From an uncultured Chloroflexia bacterium (GTDB lineage: Bacteria; Chloroflexota; Chloroflexia; Chloroflexales; Herpetosiphonaceae): DNA of 64,000 nt. This document shows, one piece after another, positions 55,756 through 64,000 of the stretch. Where the stretch lies: NCBI GenBank assembly GCA_963767035.1, contig CAVYBW010000001.1, forward strand, positions 2,182,547 through 2,246,546, in the 5' to 3' direction. A program made the translations under genes and the position numbers. Position 1 is the first letter of the stretch. Every line of letters starts with the position of its first letter. The notes beneath the pieces were generated by a model that ran no database searches, had not been told where the DNA came from, and worked only from the letters and a program-made list of their open reading frames with translations.

Positions 55756-55887
55756 AATCCAAAACAAATAAATCCTACACGCACGTTTGTGATCAATAGC
55801 CAATTGGCTAAAATGTGTTAAGCTTAACCCCAACGATGATTAATCACCAGCAATCACGATTGCTACCACAATAGATTTAGGAACCTC

Positions 55888-58413
55888 ATGAGCGAACAAC
55901 GCCGTTTTCCCAAGCCCGAAGTGATGAGTCCGGCGGGCTATTGGCCGCAGTTGCATGCTGCAATCGAAGCAGGTGCAGATGCGGTTTATTTTGGCTTGAA
56001 GCATTTTACTGCCCGCGCCAAGGTCGGTTTTACCCTTAGCGAACTGCCCGACGTGATGCGGACATTGCATCAACGAGGGGTGCGCGGCTTCGTTACCTTC
56101 AATACCTTGGTGTTTGAACACGAATTGCAGGAAGCTACCCGCTCGCTGGCCGCAATTGCCGAGGCTGGAGCCGATGCGGTGATTGTGCAAGATATTGGCA
56201 TCGCCCAACTTGCACGCCAAATCGCGCCCGAAATGGAAGTTCATGGCAGCACCCAAATGAGCATCACCAGCGCTGAAGGTGTTGAATTGGCGCGCCAATT
56301 TGGGGCAAATCGGGTGGTGCTGGCCCGCGAATTATCGCTCGATGAGATTGCCGCAATTCGCCAAGCAACCGATTGCGAGCTGGAAATGTTTGTCCATGGA
56401 GCGTTGTGCGTCTCATATTCGGGCCAATGTTTCTCCTCGGAAGCGTGGGGCGGGCGCAGCGCCAATCGCGGCCAATGTGCCCAAGCCTGTCGCTTACCCT
56501 ACCAATTATTGGTTGATGGCAAACATAAACCCTTGGCCGATGCCCGTTATTTGCTCTCGCCAGGCGATTTATATGCCGTGCCATTAATGCACGATATTAT
56601 CAAATTGGGCATTTCGTCGCTAAAAATCGAAGGCCGCTATAAAGATGCCGATTATGTCGCCTTGACCACGAGCGCCTATCGCAAGGCAGTTGATGAAGCC
56701 TGGGCTGGCTTGCCCTTGAGCATCACGCCCGCTGAGGAACTACAATTAGAACAAGTCTATTCGCGCGGCTTGGGCACGTTTTTCATCGGCGGAACCAACC
56801 ATCAAACTGTGGTTAATGGCCGTGCACCGCGCCACCGTGGCGTATTGATGGGTTCTGTTAGCAATATTTATGGCGAACGGATTGTGCTCAAGCCCCACGA
56901 AAATCATACAATCGCTCCGCTCAAGGCTGGCGATGGCGTGGTATTTGACGCAGCCAATTGGCGCAGCCCTGAAGATCGTGAAGAAGGCGGGCGGATTTAT
57001 GGCATCGACGCCTTGCCAACTGGCGAAATTGAGCTACGCTTTGGCCCGCAAGCAATCAAAACCAATCGAATTAGGGTTGGTGATTTGATTTGGCGCAGCC
57101 ACGACCCTGAGCTTGATCGGGCGGCCAAGCCATTTTTAGAGCCAGCAGCACCAGTTGCCAAACAACCTTTGCAGCTGCATGTGGTTGCCCACGAAGGCCA
57201 ACCATTGCAATTAACCTGGACGGTCAGCAACCAGTCGCAATTTAAGGTCACCGTTCAATCGCCAGAGCCATTGCCCCGCTCACAAAACCGGGCCTTGAGC
57301 AATGAATTTTTGTACGATCAAGCTAGCCGATTAGGCAACACGGCCTATAGTTTGGCTGAAATGAGCGTTGATAGCAGCGGCCAGCCATTTGTGCCCAGCT
57401 CGTTGCTCAACAACTTGCGCCGCCAAGCGATCGAACAACTTAGCGCCTTGCAAGCCGCCGCGCCAGCCCGCCAAATTCAAGCCCCGCTGGAGGTTTTGGC
57501 CCAAGCACAACAAGCCGTCCAGCCAGCAGCAAGTCCAAACAGCACGCCGCAGTTGCATATTTTGGTGCGCACGCCAGAGCAATTACAAGCCGCCTTGGCC
57601 GCCAAGCCCGCCAGCATCACCTTGGATTATTTAGAACTTTATGGTTTGAAGCCAGCGGTTGAATTAGTCCAAGCCCATGGCATCACGGTTCGTGTAGCCA
57701 GCCCACGGGTGCTCAAACCCAGCGAACAACGCATCATACACTTTTTGCTCAAACTTGGCTGCGAAATTGTGGTACGCTCAACCGGCCTGCTCGAAGCTTT
57801 GCGCCATGAGCAACACCCAAACTTGATTGGCGATTTCAGCCTGAATGCTGCCAATAGTGTGACCGCCAATAGCTTGCTCGAACTGGGTTTGGAGCGCATC
57901 ACGCCAACCCATGATTTGAACGCAGCTCAAGTAACGGCCTTGGCACAACAGCTTGGCAGCGCAGCAATTGAAGTCATCGCTTATCAACATTTGCCCGTAT
58001 TCCACACCGAGCACTGCGTGTTTTGCCGCTTCCTCTCGAATGGCACCAGTTTCAAAGATTGTGGCCATCCCTGCGAGAAACATCGGGTTGAATTGCGCGA
58101 TCTCAATGGCCGTGCGCATCCAGTGATGGCCGATGTGGGCTGTCGCAATACGGTGTTTGGAGCTGAGGCCCAAACTGCCGTTGAGCATCTGGCTGAGTGG
58201 CGGGCCGCTGGAATTGTGCATTATCGTTTGGAGTTTGTGCACGAAACCGCCGAACAAGTTGCAGCAGTTATCGCTGCCTTTGATCGCACTTTGCAAGGCC
58301 AGCAATCAAGCGCCGCCTTAGCCGAGCAATTGCGCAATGCAGCGCCGCAAGGCATTACTCAAGGCAGTTTATTTATTCCCAATGATTATCTACGCGTACC
58401 ATTAATGCAGTAG
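55888..58413 (+). CDS. Peptidase U32 family protein (long form with C-terminal extension)
   Basis: U32 N-terminal TIM-barrel region with a Cys cluster (CVSYSGQCFSSEAWGGRSANRGQCAQAC); 841 aa. Confidence 0.8.
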   Translation: MSEQRRFPKPEVMSPAGYWPQLHAAIEAGADAVYFGLKHFTARAKVGFTLSELPDVMRTLHQRGVRGFVTFNTLVFEHELQEATRSLAAIAEAGADAVIVQDIGIAQLARQIAPEMEVHGSTQMSITSAEGVELARQFGANRVVLARELSLDEIAAIRQATDCELEMFVHGALCVSYSGQCFSSEAWGGRSANRGQCAQACRLPYQLLVDGKHKPLADARYLLSPGDLYAVPLMHDIIKLGISSLKIEGRYKDADYVALTTSAYRKAVDEAWAGLPLSITPAEELQLEQVYSRGLGTFFIGGTNHQTVVNGRAPRHRGVLMGSVSNIYGERIVLKPHENHTIAPLKAGDGVVFDAANWRSPEDREEGGRIYGIDALPTGEIELRFGPQAIKTNRIRVGDLIWRSHDPELDRAAKPFLEPAAPVAKQPLQLHVVAHEGQPLQLTWTVSNQSQFKVTVQSPEPLPRSQNRALSNEFLYDQASRLGNTAYSLAEMSVDSSGQPFVPSSLLNNLRRQAIEQLSALQAAAPARQIQAPLEVLAQAQQAVQPAASPNSTPQLHILVRTPEQLQAALAAKPASITLDYLELYGLKPAVELVQAHGITVRVASPRVLKPSEQRIIHFLLKLGCEIVVRSTGLLEALRHEQHPNLIGDFSLNAANSVTANSLLELGLERITPTHDLNAAQVTALAQQLGSAAIEVIAYQHLPVFHTEHCVFCRFLSNGTSFKDCGHPCEKHRVELRDLNGRAHPVMADVGCRNTVFGAEAQTAVEHLAEWRAAGIVHYRLEFVHETAEQVAAVIAAFDRTLQGQQSSAALAEQLRNAAPQGITQGSLFIPNDYLRVPLMQ

Positions 58414-58419
58414 TTGACG

Positions 58420-58492
58420 AGGGGTCAGGGGCTAGAGGTCAGGGATCAAGGGCTGAGGATCGGGATGCAGAGACTTGCGCCTGATCCTCAGC
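58420..58492. repeat. REP-like element (GAGGGGTCAGGGGCTAGAGGTCAGGGATCA...) ending in the hairpin GCTGAGGATC ... GATCCTCAGC between convergent genes
   Basis: Same unit family as 21645-21757. The inverted repeat would act as a bidirectional terminator. Confidence 0.45.
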
Positions 58493-59278
58493 TTAAATCT
58501 CAATCGTTCCTTCAAGATAAAAAATACACGAGCCGGCTAACTCAACCCGCTCACCATTTAAACGACAGTTGATCTCGCCACCTCGGCGTGAGGCTTGGTA
58601 AGCTCGCAAGTTTGTTTTGTTGAGTCGCTCGGCCCAATAGGGCGTTAATGCACAGTGTGCGCCGCCTGTCACCGGATCTTCGGGGATACCCTTGGCTGGA
58701 GCAAAATAACGGCTGACAAAATCGTAGCCCGCATCACCAGCCGCAGTTACCACAACTCCGCTGCGATCAAGTTGGGCGATTGCGGCAAGATTTGGCTTCA
58801 GCTCACGCACAAGCTGGGCATGCTCAAGCAAGGCCGTATAATTAACCGCATCGCTTAGCACCTCAAGTGGCACAACACCCAAGGCTTCGGCCAACCCGAT
58901 TGGTAGCTCCACCCGCTGCCATGGACGAATTGGAAAATCCATCAGATAGCCATCAGTAGTTTTGGTAACAATTAATGGCCCACTTTTGGAAGAAAATGCA
59001 ATCTGGGAACGAGTTGGCTCTAAGCGTTCGATTACAACCGCCGCACTGGCCAAGGTTGCATGGCCACAAAGCGGCACTTCCATGGTTGGCGTAAACCAAC
59101 GAATCGCATACTGCTCGCCAACAGGCACAATAAATGCGGTTTCGGCCAAATTATTTTCGCTAGCAATCGCTTGTAACACGTCATCAGCGGGAAATTCATC
59201 AAACACCACAACCGCCGCTGGGTTGCCAGCAAAACGCCAGGTTGTAAAGGCATCAACTTGAAAGATCGGCACACCCAT
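58493..59278 (-). CDS. PhzF-family isomerase
   Basis: PhzF/DAP-epimerase-like fold; conserved FAGNPAAVV start and a mid-protein Glu region. Confidence 0.8.
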   Translation of the reverse strand: MGVPIFQVDAFTTWRFAGNPAAVVVFDEFPADDVLQAIASENNLAETAFIVPVGEQYAIRWFTPTMEVPLCGHATLASAAVVIERLEPTRSQIAFSSKSGPLIVTKTTDGYLMDFPIRPWQRVELPIGLAEALGVVPLEVLSDAVNYTALLEHAQLVRELKPNLAAIAQLDRSGVVVTAAGDAGYDFVSRYFAPAKGIPEDPVTGGAHCALTPYWAERLNKTNLRAYQASRRGGEINCRLNGERVELAGSCIFYLEGTIEI

Positions 59279-59401
59279 TCGGTAATCCTTAGTGCAATAT
59301 TAGGAGAAATAGTAAGGTTCAGGAGTCAGTTGTGAGGGGCCAGAAAGAACAGGGTCAGTCCCTCAATTTCTGATCTCTGACCCCTAGACCTTGACCTGTC
59401 G

Positions 59402-60286
59402 CTACAAATAGCGCTCGAAAAACTCGGCTACTCGTTTAACATAGGCCGGGCGATCGGCGAAATAGGCTCCACAGTGCGGCAAATCTTCGACGATCCAGAG
59501 TTCTTTTGGGCCTTGAGCAGCAGCATATAAATCGTAGGCATCGACAACCGGAATCACCGTATCGCCAGTGCTATGGATAATTAACAAGGGACGTTGACCA
59601 TAGCGAATCAGCGCCTCAATGGGTCGTACTGACTCAAAGCGATAGCCATAACGGCGAGCAGTAATCTGGTCGGCCAATGCGCGCAGCGGGCGACGCGGCA
59701 AACGCCGATTGGCAAAGGCAAAATCAACCAAATTGGCCATTTCGGCAAAGCTGCTATCAGCAACCACCGCCTTAACTGCCGGCTGGTCGGCACTGCCCAA
59801 CAGGCTCACAGCCGCACCCATCGAATAGCCAATAACCCCAATGTGGGCCGCTGGCAAGCGTGATTCAACATAATTAATCGCGCCATGCAAATCGCCAACT
59901 TCGTGATACGCCAGCGAACAGATCGAATCAGCGCTATCGCCGCGCCCACGAAAATCGAAAATTAACACGTTCATGCCTGCACGCCACAAGCCTGAGCCAA
60001 TCCCCAGCAATTCGTCTTTGCGCCCACGATGGCCGTGGCAGCCAATCACAACCCGCTTACTTTCAGGGCGGCCAAGCCACCACGCCCGAATTTGCAAGCC
60101 ATCGACCGAATTAAAACTAACTTCTTCCCAATCAACTCCAGTTTCAAACGGCGTGAAGGCAAACAGCGTTTCACGTTTGAGCGCAGCGGTCGGGCCACTT
60201 AAGCGATGGGCGGCATAGGCGGCGATACCAGCGAGCGTAGTAGCTGCGGCACTCAGGCCTGCTCCAACCAATAATTTACGTTTCAT
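59402..60286 (-). CDS. Secreted alpha/beta-hydrolase (S9/BAAT-like)
   Basis: Signal peptide, GYSMG nucleophile elbow and HGxxD region. Confidence 0.75.
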   Translation of the reverse strand: MKRKLLVGAGLSAAATTLAGIAAYAAHRLSGPTAALKRETLFAFTPFETGVDWEEVSFNSVDGLQIRAWWLGRPESKRVVIGCHGHRGRKDELLGIGSGLWRAGMNVLIFDFRGRGDSADSICSLAYHEVGDLHGAINYVESRLPAAHIGVIGYSMGAAVSLLGSADQPAVKAVVADSSFAEMANLVDFAFANRRLPRRPLRALADQITARRYGYRFESVRPIEALIRYGQRPLLIIHSTGDTVIPVVDAYDLYAAAQGPKELWIVEDLPHCGAYFADRPAYVKRVAEFFERYL

Positions 60287-60288
60287 AC

Positions 60289-61788
60289 CTACTCGATACT
60301 AAATACCATTTCAACATCACCAATCCGAATCCGGTCGCCGGGCCGCAGATGGTGCGGTTGATAGGCGGTCATCGGCACGCCATTGATGCTGGTGCCATTG
60401 ATGCTGCCTAAATCAATTAATAGATGATGATCACCCTGTTGTTCGATCACCGCATGGCGACGTGAAGCCACCCCGCGATCATGCTCAGCCAAATCAATCT
60501 CAGGATGATGATTTTGAGCCGGATCACGTCGCCCAATCCGACAAGGAAAGTGGGTTAATGCCAATTCCCAAACTGCTCGTGGCGAAGTAATCACCAATTT
60601 TGGTACCGCCCGTTTGATGGCCGCACCACAACCAGCGCAAAAACGGGCATTAGCCTTGTTCATGCGGCCACATTGATCGCAAATTGGCCCATTGGCCTGT
60701 GGTGGCGGCGACCATGCTGGCGTTTGCACTGGCGGTGCCCACGATGGTACAGCTGGCTGCGGCACTGGCTGAGGAACTGGTTGTTGATAGTTGGGCGGAT
60801 TTGGATTGCCCCACGCTGGCGCTTGATTCGGATTGCCCCACGCTGGCGCAGGATCAGGATTTGGGTTGCCCCAGGCTGGGGCTGAATTTGGATTATTGAA
60901 AACTGGCGCTGGCGTAGGCATCATCGTCGGATCATCACGCTTATCGGGCACAATGACTCCACGATCAACCGCCAACAAAGCCTGCTCAAACGACGCCATC
61001 GTCTGATAGCGCTTGTCGCGATCCATCGCCATAGCTTTGATAATTACCTGCTCCATCTCGGGCGTGATCGATTGATTATGGCGAATCAACGAACCATCTT
61101 TCGGCGTTTGCAATGGCACAGGCGGCAAGTTGGTGAGCATATGCAGCAAGGTTGCGCCCAAGGCATAAATATCGGCCCGGGCATCGGTTTGGCCTTTGCC
61201 ATATTGCTCCGGCGGGGCATAGCCTGCCGACCCCATGGCTACGGTATCTTTGCTTTTATTAGTTTTGTAGGTTCGCGCCACCCCAAAATCGATCAGCTTG
61301 ATAATGCCTTCAGGCGTGAGCATCACATTGGGTGGCTTCATATCGCGGAAAATAATTGGTGGATTTTGCGTATGCAAATAATTCAGCACCCGGGCAATTT
61401 GAATCCCCCAATTAACCACATCGCGTTGAAAAAAGGGCGCATTGCTTTCACGCTGTTTATCTTCCAGCGTTTTGCCTTGCACAAACTCCATCACCAACGT
61501 GGGACGACCAGCCTGATCAAATGAATCAATCACTTTGGGCAAGTTGGGATGATCGAGCGTTTGCAATAATTGCGCTTCTTGGTCGAAAAGCTTGCGATTT
61601 TCGGCAACTTCCTCAGGTGCGGCCTCAACTGGTGGGCGCATCTCTTTCAGTGCCCAGGTCGAGCCATCGCTCATGCGCTCGCAGCGATAGACCGCGCCCA
61701 TACCGCCGCGCCCGATGATGCCGAGAATCCGATATTGATCACGTTGGCCTTGAAGTATCGTGCCATCAGGCAGCAAATCAGCAAACAC
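60289..61788 (-). CDS. Ser/Thr protein kinase with a Pro-rich (APAWGNPNP)n linker, a zinc ribbon and a C-terminal FHA domain
   Basis: Hanks motifs (HRDMKPPNVML, DFG, APE), 27 nt tandem repeats at about 60780-60900, CDQCG...CAGCG, then an FHA domain (GRRD ... H.ID.GS.NGT..NG). Confidence 0.85.
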   Translation of the reverse strand: MFADLLPDGTILQGQRDQYRILGIIGRGGMGAVYRCERMSDGSTWALKEMRPPVEAAPEEVAENRKLFDQEAQLLQTLDHPNLPKVIDSFDQAGRPTLVMEFVQGKTLEDKQRESNAPFFQRDVVNWGIQIARVLNYLHTQNPPIIFRDMKPPNVMLTPEGIIKLIDFGVARTYKTNKSKDTVAMGSAGYAPPEQYGKGQTDARADIYALGATLLHMLTNLPPVPLQTPKDGSLIRHNQSITPEMEQVIIKAMAMDRDKRYQTMASFEQALLAVDRGVIVPDKRDDPTMMPTPAPVFNNPNSAPAWGNPNPDPAPAWGNPNQAPAWGNPNPPNYQQPVPQPVPQPAVPSWAPPVQTPAWSPPPQANGPICDQCGRMNKANARFCAGCGAAIKRAVPKLVITSPRAVWELALTHFPCRIGRRDPAQNHHPEIDLAEHDRGVASRRHAVIEQQGDHHLLIDLGSINGTSINGVPMTAYQPHHLRPGDRIRIGDVEMVFSIE

Positions 61789-61895
61789 AGTTTCCCCCGC
61801 CGCTACATGATTGCGTAGCCTGTATTATCAACGATTGATACGTCAAAAGTCAAAGGGTGGTGGCAACGATTAATCAAGAATTAAGCATTGCTGAT

Positions 61896-62654
61896 TTAGC
61901 CAAACTGCCCAACATATACGGTGGTGGTGTATAAAAAGGCTACCTTGCCCTCAACATGATGCTGTTGCCAGGCTTCGATCAGCCCTTGGCGCAATGGTTG
62001 GTAGTTGGGTTGCTCCGGCGTGGGCGTATATGATGAGGAAAATGCGCGGCCCAATAAGCCAGCTTGATCAAAATATTGGGCGTTTTGGGCGGTGTAGCAG
62101 GCTGGCTGAGTTCCAAAAAAATCGGCAATTCGTTGTGGCTCGATGTTAGTATGTTTGACGGTGGAGTAATCGGTGCCAAATTGGTGTAATAGCGCTTCGT
62201 ATTGGCGCAAAAATGGCGTACCATCAAGCGAGCGTTGGTTCCAAATTAATGCCACCCAGCCATCAGGTTGTAAAATGCGCTGCCATTCGCGCCGCGTCGC
62301 GTCTGGCTCAAACCAATGAAATGCTTGGGCAGCAGTGATCCAATTAACGCTCTGGTCGGCTAAGCCAGTGGCTTCGGCGCTGCCATCAAACGCCTGAAAA
62401 TTGGGATAGCGCTCGGCTAGTTGCAGGCTGGCTTCACGCATCGGCGCATTGGGTTCGACTGCGTAGACCGTTGCACCATGCTCTAATAATTGCTCACTCC
62501 AAATCCCGGTGCCAGCCCCAATATCGGCGACGATTGAATTATGGCCAAAGCCATGCTGCTGTTGTAATGGCGCGAAAATCTGCTTGGGGTAATTTGGGCG
62601 AAATTGAACATAATCGGCGACTCGATTGCTGAAGCGTTGACGATTATCAGCCAT
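61896..62654 (-). CDS. Class I SAM-dependent methyltransferase
   Basis: SAM-binding motif I (VADIGAGTG). Confidence 0.8.
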   Translation of the reverse strand: MADNRQRFSNRVADYVQFRPNYPKQIFAPLQQQHGFGHNSIVADIGAGTGIWSEQLLEHGATVYAVEPNAPMREASLQLAERYPNFQAFDGSAEATGLADQSVNWITAAQAFHWFEPDATRREWQRILQPDGWVALIWNQRSLDGTPFLRQYEALLHQFGTDYSTVKHTNIEPQRIADFFGTQPACYTAQNAQYFDQAGLLGRAFSSSYTPTPEQPNYQPLRQGLIEAWQQHHVEGKVAFLYTTTVYVGQFG

Positions 62655-62675
62655 CCATATGCTCCTTTCAGAAGC

Positions 62676-64000
62676 CTAGGTTCGAAAGCTATACCACCAT
62701 TCAAACACCAACACTGCCAAGGCCAAACCCACTAATATCGGCCATAGCGGCGTGCCTTGCGGCGGTAAGCGGTCGCCCTCGGGTTGGGCAATTTGGCTAA
62801 TCGTTGGTTGGGTTTGTTGTTGCAGATTCGACTCCTGTGGATGCCCAAAATTGACAGCAATACCACCACGATTGCTGCCAATCACCCGATATAAACCAGC
62901 TTGATTCAGCCGTTGGTCGAGTGCTTGGGTTTCTCCATCAGGCCGGGTTAGCGGCGTATTGGGGGCAAAACTGCCAGCCGCCAGTTGCTCAGGCAACGAT
63001 CCACCAGTCAAATTGGCAATGCTAGCCGCTGTCAATAATGGAAAGGCCAATTTTGCGCTGAGATTCGCGTTATCTAAATTGAATAGCCAAACAATTGCGG
63101 CATGCTCTTGCCAAGTGCCACGTAGCACCAAGGGCAGTTGGGTATCAGTTTCAATCACACTGGTCAGACCTGCAGGCATATTCTCGCGCGTCATTGGGCG
63201 ACGACCACCCCATTGCACACTCGATAGGTCGATGCCAGCAAAGTTGGCATCCAAAACTGCGCTGCTGGCCTGTTCGCCGAGAATACTTTCCTCGGTTGGC
63301 AGGCGTGGATCGCTGGGTGGATTGACAATCAACAGCGCACTGGTGGGTAATTGCTCAGGCAAAACGCCATTCAACACCGTCAAATCAACCCGTTGCTCGC
63401 TCACGCTTGGACCAACGCTTAACTCGATGTTGGGCAGACTACGCAGCATGCGCTCAATTGGCGATGGGGTTAATGTGGCTAAATGAACTCGCAACGAACC
63501 CGATTGACTGAGCGCGACCAGTGCTCGATCATCAAGCGGATAATCGTCGCTTGGGCTAAGCACAACTTCGGCAAGCTCGCCATTGGCAACTTCCCATGTA
63601 CGCTCCTCGCTACCACCAGCCTGAATCACCAAATTTTGCTCGGCTTCGATTTCGCCATCAACCAAGAGCGTTAATGTTCGGGCGACTGGCACATCGCTAA
63701 AATTGGTCACCCGCGCATACAGCGCGTTGCGTTGGTTGGGCAAACGACGGCTAGCAAAGGTCACAATCCCACTGTTGGCGGTGCTCTCACCAAGCATGCG
63801 CCATTCTAATTCGGCAGCAACTGATAAGGCTGTGCTACTGGTGGGTAACGCTCCATCGCTCATCACCACCAATTGATTTTGGCGATCGTTGGCTAAGGTG
63901 GCGTTGGCAATGCTCAGTGATTGAGCCAGATTGGCACTATTGCCAGCAGGCGCAAGCCCAGCCACAATTTGGCTCAGTTGTTGGCGCTCAGCATAGCCGC
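62676..64000 (-). CDS. Hypothetical protein with a C-terminal TM anchor. N-terminus lies beyond the window (3' end of the gene only)
   Basis: The reading frame stays open to the window edge. The track start at 63965 is a GTG with no upstream stop. C-terminus is WPILVGLALAVLVFEWWY. Confidence 0.5.
   Translation of the reverse strand, partial: GYAERQQLSQIVAGLAPAGNSANLAQSLSIANATLANDRQNQLVVMSDGALPTSSTALSVAAELEWRMLGESTANSGIVTFASRRLPNQRNALYARVTNFSDVPVARTLTLLVDGEIEAEQNLVIQAGGSEERTWEVANGELAEVVLSPSDDYPLDDRALVALSQSGSLRVHLATLTPSPIERMLRSLPNIELSVGPSVSEQRVDLTVLNGVLPEQLPTSALLIVNPPSDPRLPTEESILGEQASSAVLDANFAGIDLSSVQWGGRRPMTRENMPAGLTSVIETDTQLPLVLRGTWQEHAAIVWLFNLDNANLSAKLAFPLLTAASIANLTGGSLPEQLAAGSFAPNTPLTRPDGETQALDQRLNQAGLYRVIGSNRGGIAVNFGHPQESNLQQQTQPTISQIAQPEGDRLPPQGTPLWPILVGLALAVLVFEWWYSFRT

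Noticed and set aside
1-64000. tRNA, rRNA and CRISPR arrays
   Set aside because: I scanned intergenic gaps for T-loop (GGTTCGAATCC-like) signatures, rRNA-like conserved blocks and direct repeats separated by spacers, and found none. The GGGTCAG-type repeats are palindromic REP-like units without regular spacers, so they are not CRISPR.

Overview
This is a 64 kb window of roughly 50% GC, gene-dense bacterial chromosome. The gene content looks Chloroflexi-like: a two-domain auracyanin-like blue-copper lipoprotein, many Ser/Thr kinases, and the FGE-sulfatase and FHA kinase fusions. A Herpetosiphon-like origin is only a guess.

Most of the window is conserved housekeeping:
- The rpmH-rnpA-yidD-yidC-jag operon.
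- gltX.
- A tatA-tatC pair.
- A FAS-II/ACC block on the minus strand: rpmF-yceD ... fabH-fabD-three tandem SDR/FabG genes-accC-asp23-nusB-acpP.
- coaD and rsmD.
- sodA, uppP, HMG-CoA lyase, an acyl-ACP desaturase and a U32 peptidase.

The most distinctive content is a 14.5 kb minus-strand signalling locus at 29.4-43.9 kb. It encodes a REC-GAF histidine kinase, an OmpR regulator, a stand-alone REC protein, two CheW, a multi-TM MCP, a CheA-CheW-REC hybrid, CheY, CheB and a CheR-TPR fusion. It ends in a partner-switching output module: a PP2C phosphatase, a TPR protein, an RsbW-like anti-sigma kinase and a STAS antagonist. I read this as a chemosensory pathway feeding a partner switch rather than motility.

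Other notable points:
- A catalytically dead SDR is sandwiched between two FabG paralogs.
- A PP2C phosphatase has an N-terminal membrane domain that is extremely AT-rich (about 20% GC).
- A small Nif11/NHLP-like leader-type ORF lies beside that phosphatase.
- There are two MITE-like elements with related terminal inverted repeats.
- A REP-like GAGGGGTCAG palindromic repeat family abuts the stop codons of adjacent genes.
- A tandem 163 bp duplication carries SD-ATG mini-ORFs between sodA and the U32 gene.
- A DUF333-chagasin lipoprotein is split by an in-frame TAG.

At least five well-conserved or essential genes (tatC, fabH, a fabG paralog, a TPR gene and a hypothetical) are broken by single-base shifts at homopolymer runs. 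This looks like homopolymer sequencing error rather than real pseudogenisation, and ORF calls in this window should be treated accordingly.

No rRNA, tRNA or CRISPR was recognised.
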